The notes beneath the pieces were generated by a model, which did no database searches, was not told where the DNA came from, and worked only from the letters and a program-made list of their open reading frames with translations. This document shows positions 42,635 through 56,220 of a stretch of 64,000 nt of DNA, piece after piece. A program made the position numbers and the translations under genes. Source of the stretch: Octopus vulgaris (Eukaryota); assembly GCA_951406725.2 (NCBI GenBank), contig OX597822.1:108562001-108626000 (forward strand), given 5' to 3'. Every line of letters starts with the position of its first letter. Positions within the stretch are counted from its first letter, which is position 1.

Positions 42635-42865
42635 TATTTCTTTACTACCCACAAGGGGCTAAACACAGAGAGGACAAACAAGGACAGACAAACGGATTAA
42701 GTCGATTATATCGACCCCAGTACGTAACTGGTACTTATTTAATCGACCCCGAAGGATGAAAGGCAAAGTCGACCTCGGCGGAATTTGAACTCAGAACAAG
42801 CGGCAGACAAAATACGGTTACGCATTTTGCCCGGCGTGCTAACGATTCCGCCAGCTCGCCGCCTT
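42635..42865 (-). mobile_element. SINE family C, full length with 15-bp TSD
   Basis: Head ggcggcgagctggcggaatcgttagc, box B gagttcaaattcc, TSD taattaatacatata at 42620-42634 and 42866-42880. Confidence 0.95.
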
Positions 42866-43217
42866 TAATTAATACATATAAGCCTTTTATTCCCACGCTG
42901 GCCACTTGATATGATCGCTATTTTAAGTAAGGACCTTATACTTATTTATATAAACAGCTACTTTATATCCAATTAACTACTCCTGATGTCTTCTTTTAAA
43001 GAATATATATGACAATATCTATAACCATACATAGCTATGAGCTGTCAACTCATTTTTGCCCTTTATCCAAAACAGACAGTTTTCTCGTCTAAGATTTAAT
43101 AATTGATAAAGAGATAAATTAATTAGTAATGAATTAGAAATCTTTACAAGCTATGAAAACAATGAGCGTCATGTGATTCTTGAAAATGTAATGTATTCTT
43201 ACTTACAATAGCAACAG

Positions 43218-43543
43218 TGAGGGCGCGTGGCTTAGTGGTTAGGGCATTCGGCTCATGATCGTAAGGTTGTGAGTTCGATTCCCGGCGACGCGTTGTGTCC
43301 TTGAGCAAGACACTTTATTTCACGTTGCTCCAGTCCACTCAGCTGGCAAAAATGAGTTGTACTTGTATTTCAAAGGGTCAGCCTTGTCACTCAATGTGTC
43401 ACGCTGATTATCCCCGAGAACTACGTTAAGGGTACACGTGTCTGTGGAATGCTCAGCCATTTGCACGTTAATTTCACGAGCAAGCTGTTCCGTTGATCGT
43501 ATCAGCTGGGACCCTCGTCGTCGTAACCGACGGAGTCTCATTG
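43218..43543 (+). mobile_element. tRNA-derived SINE family B (CORE-like middle)
   Basis: Box A tggcttagtgg, box B gagttcgattccc, gtgtccttgagcaagacactt, TSD aatagcaaca at 43207 and 43544. Confidence 0.95.
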
Positions 43544-45449
43544 AATAGCAACAACATGAATGTCTTCTTGCTCTATTAAATTATTTCAGACAAAATATAT
43601 TAATGAGTCTGACTAGTTAATATTTCTATGCATTTAGGTGTGTTTAAATTGATGTAATGATAGCATTGTCCAATTGAATGAAGCCGCTTGAAACGGTCGT
43701 ACTGCATCACTACTTGATATCCTGTTGCTTACTTTGATATTAAATATATATATATATATATATATGTGTCTGTGTGCGTGCGTGTGCATGTGTGTGCGTG
43801 TTTGTGAGTGTGCTTTCTGCGTGTGAGTGGGGTTGCGTCTGTATGTGTTTGTGTGTGTGTCTGTGTGTGTGTCTGTGTTTACGATATTTTCTGACTAATG
43901 CACAAAAGCACCTGTTTTTTTTTTAGTTGATAGGAATCACTTCTCAAACTGTACAGTTATGAAAAACAAAGTTAATCCTCACACCCTTTGAACAGTCAAA
44001 GAAAATTGTTCAGACATATATCGCAATATTTTTTCTGACGCTGTAATCATTTTGCTTGCTAGTCAATTCTGATAATAACATGAATATATTTTCTTTTGTT
44101 GGTAAACTACCAACAAAACGTTGACATTAAACTTGGCTTTGGGAAATTTTAGCACATTCGCAAAACAAAGTATGCAACTGAACTTGTCTTACTGTCTTCA
44201 AAATATATGTATGTGTTATTATAACGAAAGTGTAGCCACTTAGGAATAACAATTGTTCACTTATTCGAATATCATGAATTTCAGCATTTGTGAGTTCAGT
44301 TTGATAAATAAGAAATTATTTACTACAAGTGAATATTATAGCTAAATAAAAATTCTAGACGACTACCTCTTCTTTTTTATTGAATTCTTCGGATGTTAAG
44401 AAAATATATACTTTTGGACCGTAAATGATGTGCGTCTATATAAGAACAAAATTTGGCCCACACAATGAATGGCATTTTAGCTTTGTATGGCGTTAAAATT
44501 GCAACTAGTTACATAAGAACATGAAGTAGAAAGCTTTTGTAAGGCGCCAATGTTTTGTTATCGAATTTGCAGCGATATACACTCAATGAATCAGTCCATT
44601 TGTGCAATCGCTGGGATCAAGTTTACGACAATCTGATCTATAAATCCATTACATCTGTTCGAATTTTTGATCTGTATGTTAGCATCACGTGTACACATTT
44701 GTGCACATGGATGCAGTTGTGTGTGTTTCTGTATGAAGTGCATGAAAATATATGAAATTATATCTTGTATATGTATATCAAAGTACTCAGAAACTTTGAT
44801 AGAAATGGAAAGCTAGAAATAAAATTAACACAGAAAAAAATGATTGATGTTTCGTGTCAAATTGAGAAGATAGGTTTTCGTTTCTCGTATACTGATAGGT
44901 TTCTCTTTTTTTTTTAAATACATGCTGTGCTTAGGGTACGATATCATTTATTTTTTATCGTACGAGCACTGAAATGCTTATAATTTTTGGTGACGAGAAA
45001 TAAACTGTGTTAATTTTTCAATGTGTCTTTGCAATCATATTTTTGAAATTCTTTCTCATTCATTTCTAGACAATACTTTCGACTTTAAAAATGCTCATAA
45101 AAACGGTAATATCTTCGATGGAATTATGTTATTTACTGAAGGCTTGAAATAAAATCTCAAACATAAATCTCTTACAGATATTTATATCTATATATATATA
45201 TAAATATAGAGAGAAATATATAGATATCTCATTGAACAATGTTCATTTTAGAATGTTAGTATTAAATAGACACAATACAATGGACAAAGTTGATCCGTGG
45301 AAATTAGAAAAGCAGTATATAAAAGAGACCATTAAATGTTTCCAGTAAAACAATTTTAAAGACTGTATGTCCATTGTGAATTCGTGCATATACAGTCAAT
45401 GACATATTAAAGGGCGCGCACGATGGCATGCACATACACACACATGTAT

Positions 45450-45524
<75 letters not shown>

Positions 45525-45559
45525 GTATGTGTGTGTGTGTGTATAAATACATGTGTGTG

Positions 45560-46713
45560 TATGCATGTAAACTTTGACAGCTGCTCATTTTGCACTTTAT
45601 AAAGTATTTATAAATCGTATTTTGCTATTTTTGTTTAGAGATGGATAAGTCGGACATTCATACAGTTTTGAAATATGAGTTCTTTGTTGGAAATATAGAA
45701 TCACAGACAGCTCGGTATGTTAAAGAAGTATTTCATGGAAATATTATTAAACGGCGGACAGTATATAATAGGTTTGTAAAATTTCCTGCTGGTAACTTTG
45801 ACCTCACAAATGAGGAACGCAGTCGAGCGGAATCAGAGGTGGATAATGAAATGAAAGCCACTGTCGAGTCAAATCTATCTCAAAGTACCCCTGAATTATC
45901 GTTGTTATTTGGTGTTAGCATGCAAACAATATTGACTTACGTAGTTCAAGTCGGTAAAGTGAAAAATTTGGATACGTGAGTTCTACATGAACTCAATGAA
46001 GATCAAAAACAGTAACGTTTGGACAACTGCATTGTGCTACTTTCACGTTACAAAAATGAATCATCTTAGAATCGAATAGTAACATGTGATGAGAAATGGA
46101 GACAATACGACAACCGTAAACATTCAGCAAAGTGGTTGGACAAAGACGAGCTACAAACACATAGCCGAAAAAGCCAAATTCATCAAAAGAATCTGATGGT
46201 GTGTGGCGCAGGTGTGATCCATTATGATTTCATTAAACCTGGCTTATTAATCACAGCCGAGATATACTGCAGCCAACTGGAGCAAATGATGCAGAAACCC
46301 ACAAATGATGCAAGTTTACTCAACAGACTCACTCCTATTTTATTACAAGACAACGCCAGACTACACATCGCAAATATGACACTGGCGAAACTAGAGGGGG
46401 AGGAGTTGGAAGATCTCCATCATGCTGCATACTCACTTGGTCTTGCCCCCACTGACTACCACTTCTTCCGGAATTTGGATACCTTTTTGATATACAAAAA
46501 ATTGAATTCTGACAGTGATGTAAAACAAGCCCTCCAAGATTTTATTGGCTCTAGATTGCCTAGCTTTTACAGTTCTGGGTTGAAAAGCCATCGCTGAAAT
46601 GGCCAAAGTGTATTGACAATATGGGTACATAATTTGATGAAAAACTATTCCTTGTATTTATAAAACATTAGTAAACATTTTTTTTCTTTTCTACAAATTT
46701 CATACTTTACGAC

Positions 46714-46718
<5 letters not shown>
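45560..46718 (+). pseudogene. mariner (DD34D) transposon with disrupted transposase (ORF 45641-46632)
   Basis: HTH N-terminus, *VLHEL (WVPHEL), IVTCDEKW..YDN, LLQDNARLH, YSLGLAPTDYHFF (YSPDLAPxDY). 3' TIR-like end ..acgacctaata|TA. Several stop codons. Confidence 0.93.
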
Positions 46719-46785
<67 letters not shown>

Positions 46786-48067
46786 GAATGTATAGCGTTA
46801 ACAGATGAGATCGAATGAATCTCAATATAGAATCCAAATCGCTCAAATGGTGTGAACTTGCACTCCGATATATTTAGTGAGAATCAAGTCAGCAACTTAA
46901 AGTGTAAGCGGAATCCAAGTTAGTATGTATGGCGACAATATTTCAGATAAACATATAAAGGCCTGTAAATAGCAGAAGTAAGCTAGAACATTACAACTTA
47001 GTGCGCACTCACAAAAGGGTTCGAGGTCAATCTGTGCAAAGCAGCTTTAGTCTTCGTTATTATAGCAACAGTCCGGATACTTATTGATCATACCACGTAT
47101 CCATAAATATTCTGAAGGTTAATATTCTTGTTAAAACATATGGAATTTTATATATTTAGAGACCATATTTACGTGTACTACAAACGATACAGGAAAGCAA
47201 GGGGTGAGTGCTTAATATTTATGGTATAACAGCTATTTCTCTGTGCTTGGAATTACGTACTATTTGTGATATAGGGAGAGAGATTACGTATAGAATCAAG
47301 AATATGCAACCAGTATTGGATGCATAGTAACTTTACCATGTATGCAGCCTCTGTCTTAACAGTAAAGAGATTGGCATCCTCAGAGGATGACTACCAAGCA
47401 GATTAAAGCCAAATTGGTGGGGTGTCGTTTTATATTTTTGTAGCATCAGCCCCTATAGTTTTTGATGCAACCTCGTGTATTACGTGGAAAAAAGTCATGT
47501 TATTAATGTAGAATATTGTAACCAATAATAAAGTTTCTGCTAATAAAATGGTAGATAGATTTTTAAGCAATGAATTACTCATTGAAAATAGAACTTTATA
47601 TAGGAAGTAGATATCGGAATTCCTTGAATAACGAGATACATTTTTCTCTCATTTTAACTAATTCGTAATTTTTTCGTATATAGATTTTCTATATAGATTA
47701 TGTCAACGATTCTTCATCTAGGTGTGAAACCGATTGAAACGTATGCTATTCACTGCGTTACTGACGTAAAACAATGGTGTATGTGTCAGAATCAATACTT
47801 CTGACGATAAGTCAATTTTGATGCTTCTATATGGAGTTCAAATTCATTTGTTCAATTACTTTCAATCAATAAGATATCCATAAACCAATTGTTGTATTCA
47901 TTATTTGCAAACTACACGTTTTACGCGAGACGTGTGTATTGCGTCTGCTTTAGAAATTATTATTTAACATTTGGATTTATCATTGATATTCATCTCAGTG
48001 TGCTCAAATGTTACAGTTCACATCTCTGTATGCTATATACAGAGACATATACACATAGGGAGATATG

Positions 48068-48111
<44 letters not shown>

Positions 48112-48179
48112 TCGTACATACATACATACAAACATAAATGCGTACATGTATGTATGTATATATATATATATATATATTT

Positions 48180-48566
48180 TTTTTTACTTGTTTCATTCAA
48201 TTTGACTTCGGCCATGCTGGAGCACCGCCTTTAATCGAGCAACTCGACCCCGGGTCTTATTCTTTTGTAAGCCCAGTACTTATTCTATCGGTCTCTTTTG
48301 CCGAACCGCTAAGTGGCAGGGACATAAACACACCAGCATCGGTTGTCAAGCAATGCTAGGGGGACAAACACAGACACACAAACACACACACGCATATAAA
48401 CATATATACGACGGGCTTCTTTCAGTTTCCATCTACCAAATCCACTCACAAGGCTTTGTTCGGCCCGAGGCTATAGTCGAAGACACTTGCCCAAGTTGCC
48501 ACGCAGTGGGACTGAACCCGGAACCATGTGGTTGGTAAACAAGCTACTTACCACACAGCCACTCCT
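48180..48566 (-). mobile_element. SINE family A
   Basis: Reverse complement of the 14817 consensus. Confidence 0.95.
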
Positions 48567-48567
48567 G

Positions 48568-48654
<87 letters not shown>

Positions 48655-48734
48655 CCCATCACGAAGAAATGATCAAGATCAGTAACAATCTATTAAGGAA
48701 CAACTAACCCAAAAACATACTCCATTATTGCCCA

Positions 48735-48828
48735 CGGGCTTATGGCGTAGTGGTTAAGATCGCAGGCCACTAACCCCAAGATTGCGAGTTCGGTTCCAGC
48801 CAGTGACCTGAATAGTAATAATAATGAT

Positions 48829-48862
<34 letters not shown>

Positions 48863-48965
48863 TTTTCCCAAGTCACCTGGTGAAAGCTGGAGAGTATATC
48901 TGCGGAAATCTTCTGTTTGCAACAAACAAGATGAGGACAAATATCCGTCAAATGTATATAACGTG
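48735..48965 (+). mobile_element. SINE family D: tRNA head + (AAT)n + hammerhead-bearing tail
   Basis: Box A TGGCGTAGTGG (48743), box B GAGTTCGGTTCC (48786), cagtgacctg(aat)n, decayed core CTGGTGAA..GAAAT (48877-48909), then aacaaacaagatgaggacaaatatccgtcaaatgta. Confidence 0.8.
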
Positions 48966-49019
48966 AACTTTTTTTTTTTTTGGTTTATGATTTATTATTA
49001 ATGTTGCTGAACATGTTTT

Positions 49020-50000
49020 GCTAAAATTGCGGTTGCGTTTCAGATATCATGAGAAAGAGGTAATTAAATTGCACTAAAATGATTGATTTATCGGACTTCC
49101 AAAACGTAGAAATTGTTGGAGCTCGTATGCCAGGCGCTAGCGTAACGAAAACAGCTGGAATGTTTGGTGTATCAAGAAGTACTTTTAGAAAGAGGCAAAA
49201 ACTTCCTCGTAGAGACAAAACTCCGAAAGAAAGCCGTCGGACCCTTACGCTAATTGTTAGAAAGGATTACAAAAATACAGCTCCCAAAATTACAACAGAG
49301 CTTAATGATTACTCCGAGAACCCAGTCTTCACAAAAACTGTTTCGCCGGGAGATGCACAAAGCCGGATCTTACGGAAAGTTTGCAATCATAAAACACTAC
49401 TTTCAAAAACAAACATTGTATGACTTTTAAAGTGGAATAAAAACCTACAGAGTTGGCCCCTAGAGCAGTGGAAGACTGTTATTTCTTCGGACGAGTGATT
49501 CTCTACCTTATTTCTGACCACCGGCCAAGTATATGTTTAGAGACAGCCAAAAGAAGCACTTGACGCAGACTGCATTCTTCCAGGTGTTAAACGTGGAGGA
49601 AGATATGTGATTATCTGGTGGTGGGGATATATCTTTGAAATCCGCAGGCCCATTTTTTCTCTTCATGGAAGAATGAATAGTCAAGACTATTTAAGGTTTT
49701 TATTTTATCAAATTCATCGTCGGTTGCTGAACCTGTTACTGGAGGGAAACGCAATCTTTCAGTATGATAATGCACCAATTCACATAGCTAAAGTTGTTAC
49801 TGAAAGGCACGAGGAACATTCTGGTGTAGTTGAACATCTTATCTGGCTACCACAGTCCAGAGACTTCAATATTATTGAACATTTATGGGGCATTTTAGAG
49901 AAACAAGGAGACGGTATCCTCTACCATCATCACTACAAGAATTGGAGACAGTTTTAGCTGAAGAATGGAAAAATAATTCTTCTGGAAACCAAAATGCTGG
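49020..50000 (+). pseudogene. Tc1-like (DD34E) transposase pseudogene
   Basis: DLSDFQ..IVGAR..GASVTKTA.MFGVSRST HTH, WKTVISSDE, FQYDNAPIH, WLPQSRDFNIIEHLW. Frameshifts and stops. Confidence 0.92.
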
Positions 50001-50639
50001 AAAAGTTATTTTATAATTCAAGGTGGATACCGAGCAACCCTAATCTACTTTTTCCTACTCGATTTGCTAACTTCTGATAATATATATATATATATATATA
50101 CGTATATATATTATACATTCATATAACTATATATGTCTTTATGTGTGCACACATTTCAGCCAGAAGTTTTATAATTGCCAGTCAACTTCCTGGTATTTCT
50201 AGCGATATTACCGTCAAATCATTTGCTCACTACCTTGCAAAATATATTATGTAAATATAATATGGTATAATTTCAGTGAAAGTTCAAATATAGACTAAGG
50301 TTTACATTTTGAGTTTAATTATTATTTGAATTTTACCCACCCTAGTTATATTAAAGTTTGTAAGTTGCAATGAAAACTGATTTGTGAAGCCGATGTATAT
50401 ACATTCCATGTTTTCAGAAATTGGAATTAATGGCAAGTGGAAAGACAACTGTAACATGCAGCAATGTTACTTATTTCATGAAGATTTATGCTTTACAACG
50501 CTAGGAGAGAAAGCACCTTCAAATTTACTGAACAATTTCATGCATTTTACTTTCGAGTAAAGTTTTGTCGTCTTACGCCTGCTTTATAGAAAAAAAATAT
50601 TTCACATATTCTATTTCGTTCCTTTATGTACTATCTGTT

Positions 50640-51030
50640 ATCACTGTGACGGCGGCCATTCTGGGGCACGGCATTGTAGAATCTTTAGTTGAATGACTAA
50701 ATACGGCAGTACGTTTTTGTTTAAACTTGGATTTACTAGGATGTTTTGCAAAAATGATAAGTCACAGTCATGGGGACGTAAACATCCCAACGCCGTCGAT
50801 CAAGTGATGTTGAAGGACAAGCAAAAACACAAAGACACACAAACAAACACACACAAAGTTTTATATACACACGAAGAGCTTCTTTCAGTTTTCGTCTTCG
50901 AAATCTATCCAGAAGCCTTTGGTCAGCCTGGGGCTGTACTAGAAGACATTTGCCAAAGGTGCTACGTAGTATCACTAAACCCGAAACTAAATGGTTTGGA
51001 ATCAAAATTCTTGCTCCACAGACACGTCTG
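50640..51030 (-). mobile_element. Degenerate SINE family A
   Basis: cggccattctggggcac, ggggacgtaaacatcccaac, tctttcagtttt, gaagacatttgccaaaggtgc. Confidence 0.7.
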
Positions 51031-51159
51031 TTCTTAAACATGCTGAAAAATGTTAAATATGATGTAACAATTTTGCTGAATATCGGGAATCAAGTTTTAT
51101 AGTTAAGAAATATGGCTATATATGCAAAGGGTACGTTCAGCATAAGGTAATATACATTA

Positions 51160-51365
51160 TTTAGATTATTTACATTTGACGGATATTTATCCCCATCTTG
51201 TTTGTGGTTAACACAACTTTTCGGCTGATATACCCTCCAGCCTTCATCACGGCATGAAGGCTGGAGGGTATATCAGTAGAAACAACATGAGAACAAATAT
51301 CCGTCAAATGTAGATAATGTAAATATTGTACATAATTCCTCATCACTTAAATATAGAACTGTAAG
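51160..51365. mobile_element. Inverted pair of family-D hammerhead tails
   Basis: Left arm (minus): TGATGAAggctggagggtatatcagccGAAAAGTTgtgtt. Right arm (plus): ATGAAggctggagggtatatcagtaGAAAC. Centre near 51250. Confidence 0.85.
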
Positions 51366-51957
51366 TAGGTAATATGTATGACATTTTCTACTACGAATAT
51401 AACTTTGATGCAATATTGAACCCGTATTTTCAATGTGCTATACAGAATTGAGCTAACCAAAATCCGAAGGGACATACAATTTACATGAAAATACATCAGA
51501 AATATTTGAAATGCAAAGGCAAGATATAATGATGATGGGAAATAGAAATTTTAAATCTCAGATCAAATAGCCTCTGACATAGTCGAGAGAAAGTCCCAGG
51601 CTATAAATTCGGAGACTGCATAATTAATCAGAGCACAAATCGACTAAAGAGACTTCGCAACTCTGCTTATTAATGAGGAAATTGTGAACGCCAGTGGGGT
51701 ATTTTAAATAGTCTTACTTTATTGTAGTAACGGCTGAACATAATTACAGTCCAGCAACTATCAGAAGGTTTTAATATCTCTGATGACACTAGAGTTACTT
51801 AAAACATGAAGTTAACACGTACATACCAGTAACAAGACAACAGAAGAGGTATAGAAGAAGGAGAAAAGAAACAGGCAGATAAAAAATAGAGGTAAAGGGG
51901 GTAGAATAAATAGAATAATGGGGAGGCTATGATAATGAAGGGGCGGAAGTATTATTT

Positions 51958-51994
<37 letters not shown>

Positions 51995-52650
51995 AAATAG
52001 AAGAGGAAGGAGAGGGATAGGAAGGAGAAGAGGAGGAGGAGGGGGAGAAGGAGGAGGAGAAGAATTCTAAGAAGAAGTAGATGAAGGGGAAGAATGAGAA
52101 AGAAGAATATGATGCGGAGGAGCAGGAGGAGGAGTGGGAAACAGAAAAATGAAGAAGAAGAAGGAGGAGAAGGAGAAGAAGAAGAAAAGTAGGCGAAGGA
52201 GGAGGAAGAAGAAGGGGAAGAAGAAGAAGAAGAAGAAGAAGAAGAAGAATAAGAAGAAAAAGAAGAAGAGGAAGAGAAGACGAAGAAGAAAAGAATGAAG
52301 CGGAAGAAGAGAAAGTAGAAGAATATAAGGAGGAGGAGGAGAAGGAGGGGATGAGATGGAAGGGGAAGAACAAGAACAAGAAGAAGAGAAAGAAGAAGAA
52401 TATAAGGAGGGGGAGGAGAAGGAGGGGATGAGATGGAAGGGGAAGAACAAGAACAAGAGGAAGAGAAAGAAGAAGAATATAAGGAGGAGGAGGAGAAGGA
52501 GGCGGTGAGATGGAAGGGGAAGAACAAGAACAAGAGGAAGAGAAAGAAGAAGGAGGAGGAGGAGGAGAAAGAAGGAGAAAGGAAAGAATAAGTGGAGGTG
52601 GAGATGGAAGAGAAGAAGAAGGGATAAAGAAGAGGTAGAAGAAGAATGAT
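51958..52650. repeat. Polypurine low-complexity tract containing a 77-bp tandem repeat x3
   Basis: gaatataaggagg...gaacaagaacaag at 52321, 52398 and 52475. Confidence 0.93.
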
Positions 52651-53204
52651 GTATTTAGAGTCATTAACTTAATTTTCATAGTATTTACTCTCTTCGCTAT
52701 TATATTCCACAAGAACTAATAGTATAATTACCAGATACTAATTATATAATGCTAACATAGTGTAAAGCAATATTCCGTAGAATCCCGAATGTTCCTAATG
52801 AAACGATATTTAATTCCGATGATTTTACGTTAGTGAAACGGGATTATGGGATTATCAAGAATAAATACGAGAATATTCGAATGTTTTAGAATCCTCATCG
52901 CCCCTTGTATAATATTAAAGAATTTTCAGCGTGTTAAACTTCTTTGAAGTGGCGGATAGAGGGACTTCTTGAGAGAAATGCGAAAAGCTATTTGGGGCTA
53001 AGTGACCGACTAGAAACTGATTTATTCAAAAAAAAAAAAAAAAAAAGGACATTGAGAAAAGATGGGAACGAGTCATATTGGGTCTCAAATTTCAGAACAG
53101 CAATTTCAAAGGAATGGGTAAGTCGATCTCATCGACTCCAGTGTTAGCGCAAATATGGCCCAATCGATGTATTGGTTAATTTATGCTTTTCTTCATTTTC
53201 TAAT

Positions 53205-53262
<58 letters not shown>

Positions 53263-53318
53263 GAGAGAGAGAGACAGAGAGAGACAGACAGACAGACAGA
53301 CAGATAGCTAGATAGATT

Positions 53319-53378
<60 letters not shown>

Positions 53379-54279
53379 TGCACCTACAAAGCTTGTCAAT
53401 GGTGCCCAGAATAACCTGATGTGAAAATGTACGCTCTTATAATATATAAATGAAATGGTTCTCATTCTTTCGTAATATTTTTGTTGCTAAAACTAGATAT
53501 TACTGATAAAAGTATATTGCACACATGATTACCAGGATGGTTACTGAAACAACATCATAATATAGACATCTTTAACACGTTCAGATGCACTTTTATAAAT
53601 ACCAATGTATCTACTTTAGTATACTGATAACTCTGAATATATTATTACTTTTGATGTATATGATCAGAATTAGTTCGTCTATGAGGTATTTAAATCCGAT
53701 TAACTTATAAGCGTTCATAAATATATTCATTCACTAAACGTTACTAAATGAAATTAATGACTCTAGTGTGTACTTTATATATCAAATATATGCAGTACTC
53801 TGCATTGTGTTAATGAAATCATAAAATCTCCTAAACTTCTTAATTCATCCCCTGTATACGCATTAGGAATTCCATTTAATTTTCAGCGCTCTATGGAGTA
53901 CATTTCTCTTAAAACTATTAATTATACATTGGATATATAATATTTAGCACTTTTCAAAGATTATTACGTAACACCGCTCGCGGCTGAAGTGTAATTAATT
54001 CCATAGAAGTATGCTTATTCACTTTGAAGTAGAAATACTTTTGAGATATCATTTTAGTGACCATAGAGTTGTCGTTAATTATCCCCAGTTAAGCTTCAAC
54101 TAACAGCTCACGTTGTGAAATATACAGTCGCCTTGAAAAGTTGATCTTTATTTCAGACATTACGTCTGAGTTTAATGTATTCCATCTTATAAGCTTTAAT
54201 GAATCTGCTTGGTGTCATTTAAAGGAGAATGTTTTCTAATATTTGCAGTTTCATATATCACAAACAGAATGTCTAATTA

Positions 54280-54708
54280 CGCACTGGTGTCGATATAATC
54301 AACTTGATCCGTTTGTCTGACCTTGTTTGTCCTGTCTGTGTTTAGCCCCTTGTGGGTAGTAAAGAAATAGGTATTTCGTCTGCAACTACATTCTGGGTTT
54401 AAATTCCGCCGAGTTCGATTTTGCCTTTCATCCTTTCGGGGGTCGAGAAATTAATTACCAGTTGCATACTAGGGTCGATATAATCGACTTAATCCGTTTG
54501 TCGGTCTTGTTAGTCCACTTGTGGGCAGTAAAGAAATGGGTATTTCGCCTGCGTTTACGTTCTGAGTTCAAATTCCGCCGAGATCAACTTTGCCTTTCAT
54601 CCTTTCCAGTCGATAAATTAGGTACCAGTTGCGTACTGGAGTCCATCTAATCGACTGGCTCCCTCCTTCAAACTTTTGGGTCTTGTGCCTAGAGTAGAAA
54701 AGAATTAT
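54280..54708 (+). mobile_element. Tandem multimer of SINE family C units
   Basis: Tail, then body+tail, then body with a different tail; each junction reads gtaaagaaat(a/g)g|gtatttcg. Confidence 0.88.
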
Positions 54709-55944
54709 AAAAGCAATATTAAAACAATTAATATTATAAATGATTTTCTAATATGCACATCATGCCTAAAGAAAGGTGACTACTCCAGTGTAAGCTTCAT
54801 TAAATCACGGGCTTACAGACATACCCAAATACAATTTTTCGATATTAATTTATACACCTACATATAATACTATACAAAACAATATCTCATTATAGTACAA
54901 TGTATTACACAAATATAATAAAAATACAATATTCATATATAACAAGAAAACTGTATTAGCAAAGATAATAGTAACATAAACAAAACCAAATATAGCATCA
55001 TATGATCGAAAGCAACCGATCTTGTTCATGATCAAAGCTTTATTGCGATTAATTGATTTGCTAATATATATTTCATCGGAATATTTAGTTGCTTATTAGA
55101 GCCATTTACAGATTATTTGATTGAGTTTTAACAATTACAACTGACGACCACATCTAACAAAGCATTCATATATTTTATGCATATATGCATATTTGCGCCT
55201 GTATCGATGTACGTGTGTTCGTGCGTGGATGCATATACATGTATGTATGTATGTATGTATGTATGTATGTATGTATGTATGTATGTATGTATGTATAATA
55301 CTTTTAACTGCTATGGCATTAAAACTCTATAAACAGACTTTGCTACATGTGTGGTATTGAAGTGGGACTGTTCCACATTATATATTTATCGACTTGATAA
55401 AGACTATTACGCACCATTTGTCATCAACTTTGATGCTACAATCCATCCATAGAATGATAATTCTGGAATAATTCTTTCCTATTGAAGGGTAGGTATTCAA
55501 ATGTGTCATTTCTTTTACATCTATGGCAAGGCCCGATACACAGCTATTGGATCAATTAAGCATAAATACGAACTTTGGAGATGTTCGAATCAATATCGAC
55601 ATGCATTATGCATACAACCCATTCAAGCAACATTGTACTTGATTCATGGAATTCAGGAATAAATCTCTGACACAGAACACGCGTAAATCAGTTATCTAAA
55701 AAAATAACAAATCATTAAGAAATGCATGTCTCTTTTCTTTATTACTTTAGCTGTAGAGCCCCATTGTTTTGATTTGGGAGTGACTACCACATTTTTGAGT
55801 GTTGAGTGTATTTAACATGAGTTGATAATTTCAACATGAGCTCATAATTTAAATCGCATGTAAACGTCAAGAAAATGCGGCGCAATATGTTAAAGATGAC
55901 TACTAGATACTTATGCAAGCAAAAAGAATATCGTTGACAGATTA

Positions 55945-56100
55945 AATTGGGAGAATGAACTGAAAAGTTCATAGGCTGTCTATGAATGAATGATGCTGGA
56001 GCTATGAAAACGTGCATAAATGGTGGAAGAAGGGAATCATGTTTGCTGGCAAACAGGTAACTTTGTATTACTGTCTTACGTGTTTATAAAATTTGTCTGA
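55945..56100 (+). mobile_element. Possible old mariner-type terminal fragment
   Basis: actgaaaagttcataggctg resembles mariner TIR ends; otherwise degenerate. Confidence 0.3.
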
Positions 56101-56166
56101 GGAATGCAGGTTTTTGCCATAATGCAGTTTGAGAATGTATCAATACAACCCTATTTGTATTCTGCT

Positions 56167-56220
<54 letters not shown>

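Noticed and set aside
43218-43290. tRNA genes at SINE heads (also 14817, 32281, 48735)
   Set aside because: Box A/B are present, but there is no complete acceptor stem or terminator and they continue into SINE bodies, with TSDs where checked.
51927-52712. 261-aa Ser/Pro/Leu-rich ORF
   Set aside because: Translation of a polypyrimidine strand; the 77-bp period breaks frame.
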